64,000 bases of DNA from Fimbriosthenelais zetlandica (taxonomy: Eukaryota): positions 18,910,001 through 18,974,000 of the forward strand of contig OZ365118.1 in NCBI GenBank assembly GCA_977030845.1, written 5' to 3'. Each line of letters opens with the position of its first letter. Position 1 is the first letter of the stretch. The notes beneath the pieces are model-generated. The model searched no databases. It saw only the letters and a list, made by a program, of their open reading frames with translations, and was not told the DNA's origin. Shown here piece by piece: positions 37,701 to 52,700 of the stretch. Made by a program: the position numbers and the translations under genes.

Positions 37701-40700
37701 TGCGTAATAACAATCAAATAAGCCAATGGTTATCCCTCACTGAAAGGCTTTCCTTATATTGTTCTTACAACAAACACCAACATTGGTAATCTGGTACAAC
37801 ATGAAAACAACATCTTTAAGAATGTAATAGGGTGTAAAGCCAACATGAAGATATCTCCTAAAGTGCTGTTTTCTGTTTCTAAAAGCAACTGAACACAAAA
37901 AGTCGTTATTGCTGGTAATTTCATTGCCCACTTAAGAAAATAAATCGATTATGCTTTTAATAAGTTTTGGCTAAGATTTTACGAGGGGAACCTTAAAGGA
38001 ATTCCAGTTACCATGGCAGGTGTTCTCTTTTTATTTTGTTCAAGATCAGCGAACAAAACTACAAAAACACGAGCACATTTTAAGGAGTGGTAGAAAAGCT
38101 GTCTGGTGGCAACCAGTGCAAGGTAAAAACACATTCATCAGTAGTTAATTGATAAATCAGTAGCAACGTCTTCCTTAAAAGCATTACCTCCAATTCTCCC
38201 ATCAACACTTCCTCACACAAACACTCTCACACACGTCCATTGATTTTTAACTCTCTCATCTTTGTAACTTGGGGAATGTTGATTTTATTTTATTTAGTTT
38301 CTTTTCAAACTTGTGTCAGAGTAAGTAGTTAGGTAATGAGAGGTGGTACTCACCTTTAGCTTTGTTATAGAAGGGACTACACGGCTTTTCAGGAAACAAA
38401 AATGTGACTCCATCCCCGACGACACATTCGCTCTCTAACCGCGACGGTCGCCAGATGCGACTACATAATCTCTGAAACGACAAAACAGTCAGTTAGATCA
38501 TAGAAATATATCATTATAGTTCTATTGTTAGATCAACCATAGACAGGTACAAATCTTCAGATAATAACGTCATGTCTTCTGTCACACGATATCTGAGCTT
38601 ATGTAAGTTTTTTTTCTTAATAAAGTGCTGACATTCTATCTGTTTTATCAGCCCAATAGAGTTGCATCACACCAAGTTCATCCCATGGATATGTACCTCT
38701 TGAATAAATTTAGATTCTCAGACAATTCTCTTGGTGCTTGTTGCTTTACATGCCTATAATTTATAACTGATAATGGTCAATCCTGATTGCAGCACTCAGG
38801 ATTGACCATTGCATCTTAATAGCCAACAGTTGGATTTACAGTATGTTTGTTATTATCCGCTTCATCCACCCTCACACAGGAGCGGATTGAAGCTCTCAGG
38901 GGGAGAGAGAATATGAAATATCATGTCTAATCTTCTCTATACAGCCTTCAGTCCCTCATCATGTACACTCAATCCGCACCATACAATAATCTTAGGCTGC
39001 GGCTTCCTCAGATGCTAACATAAAGTTACACCAAGACCTTGATATACCAACAGTCATCAATGTGCACAGCATACTCAGGTCCGCGACGATCGAAGGAGTA
39101 TTTGGTGAAGAAAGCGGCATGTGTGTGTTAGGATCTATATGGAGGTGTTCTCTATCAGGTCCGCTACCTTGGCTTTGACATGGATATAGTACATGCCTCA
39201 GGTGGTGTATTAGTGGTGGGAATGGGTGGGAAGCTTGTCTTATTGTGTGTATGAAATCATTAGATGATTCTCAACAATGGCATATAGTTTCACAGACAGA
39301 TCAACTTTCATTGAGTATAAAGTAGACATGGCAGCTTAATATGCCAGAATACACAAGCTGTACTGGGAAACTATATGGAATAATTAATCAGAAAAATGTT
39401 ATGATTTGTTATTGGCCTGAAATAATCAGAATTTAAATAATCAGGTCCAGAGGATCCCATAAAGATACAAGCAAATTCGGACAATATGGTCATTTTTCCT
39501 GAGATTGAAAAAGCCAGATGTAATAACTAAATCTATCAATTTAAGATTTGAATTCAAGAATGAACATAAAGTCCATGGTAGAGAGTAGCATATGGCTGCG
39601 TATTGATGGTGTTTAGGTATTCTACATTGTATAATCAGTGAGTGAGGACAGAGATTGAGCCATGCTCCTACATGCCAGTCAGTGCTATAACAAAGCAGGC
39701 CAGCTCATCACATTGGTCCTAATTCCCCACCCCCCCGCTGTCCTCCTCCACCTCCCCACTGTCCTCCTCCACCCATTATAACAGCCATGTGCCTCTTACC
39801 ATGCACGGCATTCTCACACACCATGCTTCTAGTGAAAACCCGCCTCAACATTATCGCCACTCCTTGCTGGTGGCAGCAATTATAGGGGCGGGCGTTTATT
39901 GGGGAGCATGGCAAGATGGCCTGTAGAAAAGGTACCTTGTGACATTGGCGCGTGTAGGCTGGTCGTACATTATCATCTTAACAATACCGTCTCCAAGGTA
40001 ACCACAGTTAATAAATATAACACACATTACCTCAGCCCCAGACGAATAGCGAAACACCTATTTACTTTAATGGGTCCTATCTTAGGGACGAATGCGATAT
40101 GCATACCAAGTTAGACCAGTTCTTGGTCGGTGCAAGAACTTAGGGGAAGCAAGCAATGCCTGTAGCTGTGTTCAGGTTTGGGATAGTAAAGCTATGTTAC
40201 TGATGGGAGTTTGAAATGTAAGACAGCACCTGTAGACAGCCTTTGTGTAATTTGTATTTACCAATTATCTGAGTTGTGCTGAATGTCCTCAGGGCTCTAG
40301 CTGTTGTGTTCACAGAAGCCACATTGTATTTATGTCGACTGAAGTAGTTCCGTGAAAATCTCTTTGATACTTTCTTTCTTCTCTATTCTTTTATTCTTTT
40401 GAAGTGGGCGACAAGAGAGATTCAAACAGGGAGGGAAGAGGGAAGTATAAAGTTTCGCATTTAATTTAACGAAACAACTTTGGTTAATTAACTTCGGATT
40501 TGATCTTATGTCATTTCAAAAATAACCCACAATGCTTTGACCACTCTATATGAGAATGTGAAGTCAGAATAACATGGCTTCATGTCATGAGAGGCCGCTA
40601 TACATGGCCTGGATAAAGAGACCTGGGTCCTCACAGACGGATTAATAGCCCTTACTCCAGGTGAAAGGATCAGACACAATAAACTAGATTTTGTCTCCAG

Positions 40701-43700
40701 AATGGACAGTGATCCTTCCCCGGGGAAGCTGTGATGGATGCCTCTTTAAGCCATTGGGCAGCTGTCCTTAATTCACTGTGAATAGTGTGGCTTCATATCA
40801 ATAGAAACGTTCCCTGTAAGATTATAGTCGACTGTGGGTTCACTACCCAATGTAGGATTACCTCCCATAGTATCCTAGTCATTTATGACCTACATTCATA
40901 TTCTGTTTTATATTTAATTTTCATGAAAATCACCAAATTCAAATCTTGTTATTGAGGAAGTTTCCTAAAGAATCCCAAAACTGAACTGCAGGATATGCAA
41001 TATCATACGTCCATATGACAGGTGCATGTCAGTTAGTGTGGTATAGAGATTATAAAATACACCAGCTTCTACACATCCAGGATGTAGGTAACATTTACAT
41101 CTCAGATTACTGTAATGTTCCCCACGTTATACGACCTGATGCACTGAAGGTTTTTATGAAGAGATAAAGCTATAATTTTGGTTCCAAAATGTGTTTAATG
41201 TTGGTAATACACCCGTGTATATGAGAACTTTCCTGTCCTAGATCAATAAGACACATTTTGTAAATAATTTTAGCAGAAGACATTGACAACTTACCCGTTT
41301 CCTATCGTTAAGAAATGCATCGAAATTATACCCTCCGTTCAACGGACAAGGGACCCATTCTTGTCGTGTTAGAGCTGCAAGAAAAAGAGAATTCTGATAT
41401 CAGTATAATTGGAACCAGGGCTAGACTTTAGAAAACTACTACATATCCTTACAACTTTTCTTAGTTAAAAGTCGGTTATGGATGTAAACATTAGCAGGGA
41501 TTGTGAGAATCTCCCACTATTTGATCATGTTTGAGGTAAAAGTAAATATAAATATGAAATACAGTTCGACATTGATCTACTTAAACAGATGATAAGCTCT
41601 GTGACTTGATCAAAGACCAGGGATCAATGGCATGAACAATATACATGGTGCATTAAGCAGGTTAAGTAGTCAGATATATAGACCTACATATGTAACACAG
41701 CTAAACTTATTCACAATCAGCTTAGCTATTCTTATTGATTTTCTCCACTCAGTTATTTAGTTGAGAATACTGGTAAAGATCAATGTAGTGTCACAGCCTG
41801 TGATCGATCCTGGTGGACATGGTATCCGTCTCTACCCATCTCACCCTGCCCAGTCCTTTCATCCTCTATTTCAACCAAACAACACATTCTATTAGACTTT
41901 ATTTACAGCTATATCAGCTCCGCCATGCGGTGTGGACAATCACCAGTTGTGGACTTGTCATATTATTTACAATAGATGGTGGTGGACTTCTTTGTGCGGC
42001 ATCCTCCGCCTCTCCTTCCCCCACCACTTCAACTCTCAGCTCTGATTGATCAAGTTTCAAAGCGAGGCGCGGGGGCATCCATCAAACATGGCCGCCGTCT
42101 CACTACCCAACGACAATTCAATGTTCTTGTTTGTCTCTTCCGATTTCGATTTCTCAGATGTGATAATCACTTATAGCTATCTCTGCCCATCCTTGCCATC
42201 CTTGCCTCATAAATAATGCTAGACGTCTACAGACAGTATGGTATCTTCAACTGTACAAGGCGGCTTTAATTATAGTCCATACAATGATAGGTCTGACCGG
42301 CAGGTTGTGGGGTGTGGGTTTGAATCTGGCCAGCCATGGTTTCAGACCTTGTCTTGAACACCAATTGACGTGTGTTTACATCCGGGACATTGATGGGGAC
42401 GTCTCATTGTCATGGTTGATGACGGCGGGCATCAGGTAACCCGGGCATCAGTGGTGTGAAACCCGCCACCAGAGGCGCCACTAGCAGGTCTTTATGGTCT
42501 TATTGTTTACCGGCTCTTTAAATGGTCATTGTTAGGTGGGTGGGGGGTGGGGGATGGGGGGGATCGCTTTACATGGGGATAGGCCAACATAGGCTCACCA
42601 CACCAGACTGGCATTAAACATGAAGAAATACCAACCATTGGCATGTGGTTCTACTTTAATAAGATTTTGAAATTGATCTGCATTTGAACCTATTAACTAT
42701 GTTTCTTAGGCCTACTGGCGCGTGGTATATTAAAGTGTCTTTTACCATTTAGCCTTTAATCCCTAAAGGTTTACCACTTGATGAATTTTTCCCCTGATTT
42801 TGCATGCTCTTAAATGTAAGCAGTCACCTCCTGAACTTATGATCTAGTCATGATTCAGTCATGAACCAGTCATGATTCAGAGATATACCCTATAGGAACC
42901 TCTCTCTGTGAGATCATGTGAGCATTAAGTGACCAGGTACTCGGTGTTTTCACTAAGCGCCGTGAGAGGGGGTGTAGGTGGGTGGTTCCGGGCGTCGTGC
43001 GCACCATGGTCATTGAGAGCGCCACCTGGGTGGTCAGAGAGGCAATAAGGCCGCGGGTTGATTATCATGGCCGTTATCACCACTTAATGAGCTCAGCGCC
43101 GATATTGATATTGACCTGAATCATTCCCCAGAGATTAATTGTGCTTTTTCGTCTTTTAACTTTAACAGAAATCAAGTTTTTTCTTCGTAAACCCACAAAT
43201 AAAATGAGACTTCATAAAACTCTTTGTATCTCAATTTTGGAAATGTCAATGAATCTTAAAAATGAAAAATGGGGCAAACATAATTGAGCTTTTTAACAGA
43301 TTATTTTTTCTTCCTCAAGCACTGGTTCAACCTTAATCATTCCTAGTGATTACCCTATATATTTCCCTTCTTTCGATATACTACCTCTCCGGAATATCCT
43401 GAAACTTTGCCTTCTTTTCGTATACTACATCCAATATACCCAGAACTTTTCCCCTCTTTTCGTATACTACATCCAAGGTCTGTAGTAGGGAAGTTGTACT
43501 TATAGATGAAATAGTGGATATTTCCACGGTTTCAGTATGCAGAAATGCCACATATCTTGAATTTTAAGTTTGAAAGCATTGGCTTAGACAGACATTTTGA
43601 CTAAGCATGGTTTCAAGATGCAAAATGTCCGTTTTACAATTGGAACCATTTTGAATGACAGGCTTTCTCAGGTCTACACAGTCCGGATCCATTGCGACAT

Positions 43701-46700
43701 TGTCGCTTGTAGCATGGTAGGAGAGACCAGATGAACAGTTTATTCCCGGGGAGTGGACCATACATCATAGGTGTCCAGGTGACGGGGGAGCGGCTATAGA
43801 GGGAGGTACAGGGAACACCTCTCTCACAGGCGGGGTCAGTAGTCAGCCACCGTCAGTGTGAACAGATTTAAAGCCACAATTTACTCTCATTTCCTGCTCC
43901 AATGACTTGTCATGGTGACTGTTCCCTGATCACTACCTCCTCCAGGAAGGGGTGGGGGAAGGGTAGAGGGTAGAAGGTAGCTGGGCGAGTGGCAGTGCCT
44001 TGTATATGTGAGGTAGAGTGTGCCATGGGAGAAAGTGGGATTTAGGTGTGGTTGGGATGACTGTAGGGGGTATAACTTGTATGAGAAAGGTACAGCTTGT
44101 ATTCCTAACATCTAATCCTGCCTATACTTCCAGCCTACCCCTGCCTATACCTCCCACCTACCCCTACCTATACCACCTACCCCTACCTATACCACCTACC
44201 CCTGGTCCTCCAGTGAGGAATGACTGGTCCATGGCATGGCGGGAGCGGGTATTAATAATGAAGGGCAAGGCTTGCCTAACAAGGCTACTCGTGGGTAGGC
44301 TGACCATGATGGACTGGTCGGGGCCAGCTCCTGCCACTCCTCCACCATCACATACCCGCCCATCATGACCATTTGCTGGCCGCTACACTCGTCTCACTCA
44401 CAACCAGCTCTCACCAGACATGGTCAATTCTCACAAAACATCCACCAAATGGTATGTTTTTAATATTTCTTTTAAACACCAGTCACAATATTCTGGAAAG
44501 TACTGAATCTGCAGAAAACTGTCCTCACATGGCAAGCCCCTTACCTATTTTTCCCTATAGATTTTGATAAAAAATAACTGATCAACCCAAATGCAAACCA
44601 GAAGAGTAACTAATTTGACATGTGACTAATTTCAAACTTTATATTAAAACTTTATTTAGGTGCGAAGGTACCAATATGACCCACAATATTGTAATAGAAT
44701 GTATGAGGAAGGCTGGGCATATTGTGGGGGAAATTTACCAATGGTGGACACTCCATGAGAACTGACCATTGCAGGCTGGAATAAGTCCCCTCTGACCTTA
44801 CAGGTATACAGATGACCTGAACCTTCAGGTGAAAGCTAAGGATGGGATAACTTTATAGGAGCAGTGTCTACTGTTGGCCTTCTGCTAACAGGTAAAGCTC
44901 TGGTGATGGGAAGGTTTCAGGATTTTCTAAGCGGGGTGGGAGAGTCAGTGGGCTGAAAAAGTCCCCCAAAGATAAGCATCTTTGTCTAAGTGACAAAACT
45001 CAACTCTGCTAACAGGTAAAGCTCTGGTAAAGGGAAAGTTTCAGGATTTTATAAAGGGGGATGGGAGATGCAGTGGGTTGGAAAAGGCCCCCGAAGATAA
45101 CTTAAGTGACAAAGCTCAACTCTGAAAGGGGGGCCCTACCCCTGGGTGGGGCCTGGCCTGTCCATATCGTATCATTATAGTAAGAGGAGGACCTCCTGGC
45201 TGGCCTTTGTCATTGAGCTGCTCATGGTCAGGATGTGTATTTTTTATGTATGATCAAGTCTATAGTCCCCAGCCTACAATGTCTGAGTCAATCCTAGATA
45301 CTGGACTAGATACCTGGCCAATATGATGACAGGACACGTCAAGTAAAATAACTAAAACATGAGCTTTTCTTGGACCATTCAAGAATTTAAATATTATGTC
45401 TAACATAATTATGTCAGACGACCAAAGAGGTTCAAAAAAGGCCATAGATTCATGGGGGTGAGCTGCACCAAAGACATTTGAGCTTATTGGCCTTGGACAT
45501 GAGACAAGCTGAATCACCTTATGAGAATGGCAGAGTACTCATTAACTTAGTCCTATATTCTGTGGCTAAATTGGGGAAATAATTTGGACATACAACTACC
45601 TTGATGTTAGCTTATTCGTACGGTGGTGTGGTCGTGGTGGTGGTGTGAGTGTGGATTGGGCTGGGGGTGGGGCTGTGGGGAGGGGATGTGTGGGATGGGG
45701 GTGGGGCTGTGGGGAGGGGATGGGTGGGATGGGGGTGGGTCTGTGGGGAGGGGATGGGTGGGATGGGAGTGGGGCTGTGGGGGGTGGAATGAGAGTTAGG
45801 TAGGGAGTGGATAGTGAATGCTAGTCCCCGGGGAAGGCCCATGTAGAGCTACAGTGCTGGGATGATCTGAGGGACACCAACCTTAGCCTACAGGTTCTTA
45901 CTCATAGATAGCCCGCCTAGCACTGCGTCCACCTCTTTGCCCGGGTCATTAGACTTGCTGAGAGAGGGTGTAGTGATTTTATTGATCTTGCTTTATACAG
46001 GACGGTAATGTGAGGGTGCTCTACCTCCTCCCTCCCCGACACTCATCAAGCTTTATACTTTACTCTCATGCAACCTTTTATGTGCATTTTCTTCTTATTT
46101 TTCTACAAAAGATATTTAACTACTTTTACATATATTTCTCCTTCCATATGGAGATAGGAATGGAGATATGAAGAACATTTTCGCCCAGAAAATATTATCT
46201 TCGTTCAGTATTATTTTATTGTAAAGTTTAGAGATGTTCGGGGATTCAGTCGAATCTAAAGCAGGGGTGTACTGTAATTTAACTAATATACTTCATGCTG
46301 CATATTAGATATATTTCTCTGACTTGAGGCAATGAGCAGGGATATAGGAAACAGAGAATTGTGAAAATTATATTACATATAAACTCTACCATCTACCCGC
46401 TACTTTCAGCCATGTTAATGACTTGTGTATGTGGCCGGTGTGAACCATGTGTACCTCAGTGATTAGAGATACATGTAGGTACCATCCATCTATCATCTCA
46501 TCTCAACCCGCGGATTATAATCACCTGTGATGACAGCTAATCCTCACCACGACCAGCAAGACTCCACCAAAAATACCGCCTACTGATGGGAGAGATCAAA
46601 AACAAATTAAATACTAATGTTCCTTGCCTTGTAATGGCTTGAGGTGGTTTATCATTACTGCCAAGACTTTTTTCTTTGGATTCAAGACAAAATAAGGAAT

Positions 46701-49700
46701 CAAACAATGTGCTAATCCCTGACCCACACAGTCTAAATCTGGACAGAACCAACATAGCTTCCGTCCAAATTTTGATCCCAAGCAACTCCACAAAAACAGT
46801 GGCAAATAGTTTCATTGGTCAAGTCAAAAGTCCAAGTTCAACATGTATCACTTGACTTTCACATTTAAAGTTTGACTTTGATTTAAGCTGGCAGTTTTTT
46901 TCTCTGTGAAGATTTGACATGAAGGCAGGTTGAGCGTGGAGGTAGAGAGTACTAGTGGAGCGTAGCACGAGTTGGCCGCCACTCTGACTCCAGCTCAGTC
47001 TACATATGCCTTTACGCCCAGCTCTATTAATGCTGATCAGCAGGCGTGATTTATATTTCTCTGCCTGGGAAATAATTAAGGTACTTTGGCCGCGGTGTGC
47101 TGGAGGTTCTATCCATCACCTTGGTGTTGTGGTCAGGGGGTTGAGGGGATACTTTATCTTGCTTTCTTTGCCTGTCGTCCACTGCGAGGCCTCATTTCGC
47201 TCCATTCTCTGACTTGATTTGCCCAACACATGTTCAAATAAGCTGGTAGTGTTTTGTGAAGTCGGGAGGACGAGCTGCAAACTATAGGCTGGCTTCTACT
47301 GGGTGGTCAGTGTCCAGGGTCTTTAATGAGGCTGCCACTGTGCTGGCTGAATGCCAGAGTGGTCAGAGTCCAGGGACCCTTACCTTACTGTATGTTTATA
47401 CCTACCCTACCCACCCTACACCTACCATCCACCCTACCCACCCTACACACACCCTACCTAGCCTACCCACCCTACACACACCATACCTACCCTACCCACC
47501 CTACACACACCATACCTACCCTACACACTCTACCCACCAACCCTTACTATTCACATCACATGGCCAGCAGGACCCACCCCACAATCTCACCTACCATGCG
47601 TCTCTGTCTCTAGCTGATAAATTAAAATTAAATTAAATTCACACGCTATGTTTGGATGCCAACTTGATGTCAATAGAGTACCAGACCATGGAGAAGAAAA
47701 TAGACATAATAAGGCTTTCTCCTTGATCATTTCTTACCAGTGCTTCTACCTGTCTATGCTAAGGATGATAAGTATCATTAGTTTATTGGCAAGCCTCAGA
47801 CTGTCTTTGGCAAGTTGTCCATGTACCATCTCTGTACTCTATGAGCATGATACCATGACAGTACCTGACATCAGCAATTATTTTTCAATTCTAAACTTAA
47901 AATTCCCTTTCATCAGTTATCAACAAAGGCCTTACTTCCTTTCATTTTTTCCGAGACCAATTTTGCCTTCAATAGGGCCTAAAGAACCCAATTTGATTTA
48001 TAGAAGGAAGAAGGGATGGTAGGATTTGAACAAGCATTCAAAGAATAAACAAGTCCTGCATACAAGGATAAAAAGAAGTTGTATAGTTTATGAATGATGG
48101 GTAGAGAGGGAGTGTTTTTTAACACTTCATTATTTATATGGCCATTGATTTCATTGTGAGTTTAAGGAGAGTGAGTGTTGTATACATGAATGGATGAGTG
48201 GGGGTAGATGGATGGGTTGAAGGCACGTGTTCGCCTTGTCTTATTGCTGGTCTAATGGGCAATAATCAATAGGGTTATGTCAGGTTCATGGACGGGCCCC
48301 CATCAGCCTGACTGTCAACTAATAATAATTATGCTTGTGTTATGTCTGGGGGACACTGCGGCGCTCGTTACTCAAGCCTAGCGTTACGAGGCACATCTGT
48401 AACATAAATCACAACCTCTTCCTCCTCCAGAATCAGTATAATGACTCCTGCCCGCCCATTAGTTTTCCCTTCAAAAGCAATAAGTTATATCTATATGGGT
48501 GGGGGAGAGGGAGCCGTCCCCCAGCTGAAAGGTCAAGATGCTTTGTGTATGACGGCCATGTAGCATCCAAACTTGATAAGATGTAGTGGTGGAGATGGTT
48601 TAAAGTTAGGCTATAGCTCCACGGGGACGAGGGAGAATGATATGAAGTGCTATAAGAGATATGAAGCCTCCAATCTTGTTAAATCTTCATTCATTCATTG
48701 CCTCTCCACCCACCAACACTTCATAAGGTCACAAACTAACACCAGCCAAATCACATACAAGTTGACTTGGTCTTCCTCATTGTGCTCATGCTTTATTGCA
48801 TCATATATAAGGCCGGGTAATATGAGAGACGATCCGCTGATAATTTATAGCTTTAATCCTCTTATACTGCAGTCTCTTACAAGGACATATGCAGGCCATT
48901 TATTACTCTCATCTTCATAAAACTTAGACGAGTTTTTAGTAAGACACTGCATGATTACACAGCCTGCTTACACAGCCTTCCTTTTTAAAGCAAAACAGAT
49001 CATGATATAGATCGTTATTGATAAACGGTTATCAGAATTTCTTGCTGACAAACATTTATTGCCAACCCTATATATGTGTATTGGGTTGGAAGGTAAAGGA
49101 AAGAGGAAGAGTGAATGATAGTCGTATGTGACCCACACTTCCGACCAGTTGAAGGCTGGCACTTCTACAAGTCTACCCCTCCTGATCAGAGCTGTAGAAA
49201 GCAAGACCAAAGATGCAATTTTTTTCTTGTGTTGTCTCAGCAAATAGAGCCAGGCTTCAAGTGGAATGGAGATGAGGTGGGGAGAAGGCGGGGGAGAAGG
49301 TGGGGGAGAAGGCGGGGGAGAAGGTGGGGGAGAGGGTGGGGAGACGGGATGAGGACATTCTCACCCAATCTCATCTGTAAGACGATCATAGTCAATCCTA
49401 GCACGCGAGATGAGACAGAAATAAAAGCTGAACAATCTAAACCTCCACACCAAACACCTGACACTACATTCATACTTATTGTTCTACTTTAATACTCATT
49501 CTCATCTTACTAAACTGACAATCAATCTCAAATCCGCCAAGCAATTGTCACACTTAATTACAAATACAAAAACTATGACAAGAAATATGGCCTTCCAAAA
49601 TATTAAATGATGGTACAAACCTATCCACGGCCAGTCGATCCGAATCAAATTATCATCATCACATATAGACAAGTCCAACGTGGTTTTCAACTTGGATGCT

Positions 49701-52700
49701 GGAGAAAAAGAGAGAAAAAGTCTTAAACATTATGGTAGAACAATCATTTCATTTTCATTTTCGAAACAAAAGGTTTTAATTACCTCAATAAGTCTGCCTA
49801 AGTAAGTCTAAACTTGTGTGAACCGGAGTTTCACTTTGAAGGAAGTGTGAGAGAGGGACTGAATCTAAGGGAGGGATGGAGAGACAGGTATGACTATACT
49901 TTATCGGAGCTCTCTGTGTGTATAATAATGATAAGAATAGCCTGCTCCATCTCCCCGTCCTTTACATCAGTGATATGTGATCTGATTCATAACATAGCCC
50001 GCGTGTGCCCGGCATTTGAAGACATGCAAGACCAACTCAAAGACGTGGACGAGTCAGTGTTGGGCTCCTCTAGGGAGAGAGATTACCATCCGAGCCTTCA
50101 CTTCAAGAGAATGGAGTCGATGTGGAGTCGATGTTAACATGCAGTGAGCAGCTCAACTGTGTGGTTAGTGCTTTAGACGCCTGTAGCTGAGACTGGGTGT
50201 ATGAGGCTCATACCTACCTCAGTCAACTCACACACAGACGGGTACAAATAGCCGCGACATGGACACGGGTGTAACTGACTGACTTTATATGACATGAGGA
50301 ATTGATCATCTCTCTACTAACTCAATACAGGCTGTCACTGATACACAGCTCTATCTATTAGTGCTGTCTAAAACACTCCACTTACAATAATGACACTACA
50401 ACTAACGAAACCCTATACATGAATCGGGGGATAGGATTGTAGGGACAACCTAATAACGGAATAATATGATATTTTAATATGTCATAATTGTAGATAATGA
50501 TATGTTTTGTAAAGAGAATCAATATTACTTACCAGACCAAACTTGTATTATACTCTTCCCTCGTTGTAATACTTTTAAGCATGTGTATTTTTCAAACCTA
50601 GAAAGCAATAAAAAATCAATTAGTAAAATACATGACATAGTTCATATCAGAGTGAGTTTATTCAATTATTTTTAAGAGTAACTCTAGCTTATAATAGCTC
50701 GTTCAGAGCATGTGTAGCTCAGCACCGACTCAGTTCTCAGGGTAAGTATATGAGGGTTGTAGGACACGATGATATGTGTGCCCTAGTAACAGCTAAGTGA
50801 ACGATTATATCCCCCAGACATTTATCTCTGTATTTTTTTTTTATCTCAGTTAGATTTATATTTCTCCTGAGAGCGGTTCAGTACTGCCAGGTGACCTGCA
50901 TCTAGTACAGGGACACCTCCACATGAGCTGCTCACAGAACCTGAGCGCTTCCACCTGACTGATTCCACCATGGGTATAGATACAGGGGGTATAGGAGGGT
51001 GGAGGATGGTTATGACATATCCTCAATAAATATAGATAAGGTAAGGGTTAATCCAGCCTCAGAGAGTCTATATTCCTCCGACTCATGCATATAGCCTGCA
51101 GCACCCATGATCAGTATTGATGGGTTAATGTTTTTTAATTAGGAGCAGCCTGCAGGCACAATTAACCGGGGATGCATAGGCTGTATAACTGTATGTTAAT
51201 GATATGCCTGCTGACATAATCCCTGAGCATTTTAAGCATTAAAACATATGATTTAGTAAGCTTTTTGTAAGCTTTTTCCCCAGCTTCCATGTCAGTTCAG
51301 TTTTTCTAAGATCATAACTTCGTTTTTTAGAGAAGGGAAAAACATTAACGGAAATATGTTAGCTGTCGTTAGGAGAGCCTTGAATGAGCATTGAAAAGAA
51401 ACGAGAAATGGATGGTTCCTTCCGACAGGTGGTGTGATCTATCTGAGCCGGCTGTGATGGATATACTCCTACATACACTGAGTGGAATCTATCCTCCCAT
51501 GCTGAATTATTCAACATATAGAGATGTTATTGGGCTCAAATCAACTCATACATCTATGTCTGTGAATGGTTGTGAGAGGAGATATAATTGTTCCCAAGCA
51601 CTAATAATCACCGAGATGTTTATGTATAGGTAAGTAAGACTTGGGGAGTAACTCCAGGGACTAGAGGAGCAACTCTAGCGCTATGCATGTACATAGAGTG
51701 ACTGGCATTATATTAGATGTAACAGGCATTATCCTAATATAAAGTAGACATCTCCCACTGGGTAAAGAACTTCAGACAATTGACCTTTACAAAAGGTCTG
51801 TTCATTAAAGGTTAAAGCCTGGGATAGAGCCGCGGGAATCGCATACTTAACCAGCGACTCTAGAACTCAAAACATGCAGATTTTATGCCAGCAAAATAGT
51901 GATTTCCCACTGAAAATATCAGCTGAAATGTCCAGGTTTATTCCACTCATTGGTGCCTCAAACACTAGATGTCTGCCAAGAGCAATACATCACCTGGATC
52001 CAAATGAAATAGATGTATTTTTTTTCACTTCCAGTCAATAGGATCTGAGGGCCGTCATGCTTGGAGTATCAAGGCATACATCCAAGTCAAGCCTGAAGTG
52101 GGTGAGAGAGGTGAGATGGATGGTCGGGGGAGGGTGGAGCATCAGTCAGGGAGTGTCTTATAGTGGGGCGGCAGGCCAGGAGATGGCAGATCTCACCGTC
52201 AATAGGTGGATTCAGTTACTACCTACCACTACACACATCACTCACTCTCACAACCAACCGCCACACTTTAATTTCTACCCAGTAATTACACATTTATTTT
52301 ACTGGTATTTTTTGGGGGGAATAGATGGCAAGTATACATTGGCAACTCGCTATTTTTGATATACAGTACTTCATGCCCTCCCAGCCTGTCTAAGTTTAAT
52401 TCCTGGCCAGTAATTAGTTTTTTTTCTGTACTATTTTTAGAGAAACAGATGGGCAGTACTCATTGAAACTTGTCATTTCGGATCACCAGTACTTAGTCCT
52501 GCAACTTGGTGACAGTTGGTTTGGAGAATGCATTTCATATCTACTCAGATAATAAGGCAGATTGTGATGCAACCATCAGGCTTTTTTGGGTCAGGTTTTT
52601 CGTCTATTATGCAAATATGCAATGACATCCATTTCTGCAGTTATTGACGGTGAAAGTAATGGATATACAGTAGTGGGGATCATATTAGAGAGCTGAGCTG

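Noticed and set aside
37764-37933. Possible phase 1-1 cassette exon (NDFLCSVAF...) in intron 5
   Set aside because: Weak splice sites, no counterpart in module 2, and exon 6 already supplies the expected F-x-C-W segment.
28812-43037. Further CTCF-like words near 28815, 35037, 42465 and 43020
   Set aside because: Each needs an indel or several mismatches to fit the core motif, so not supportable from sequence alone.
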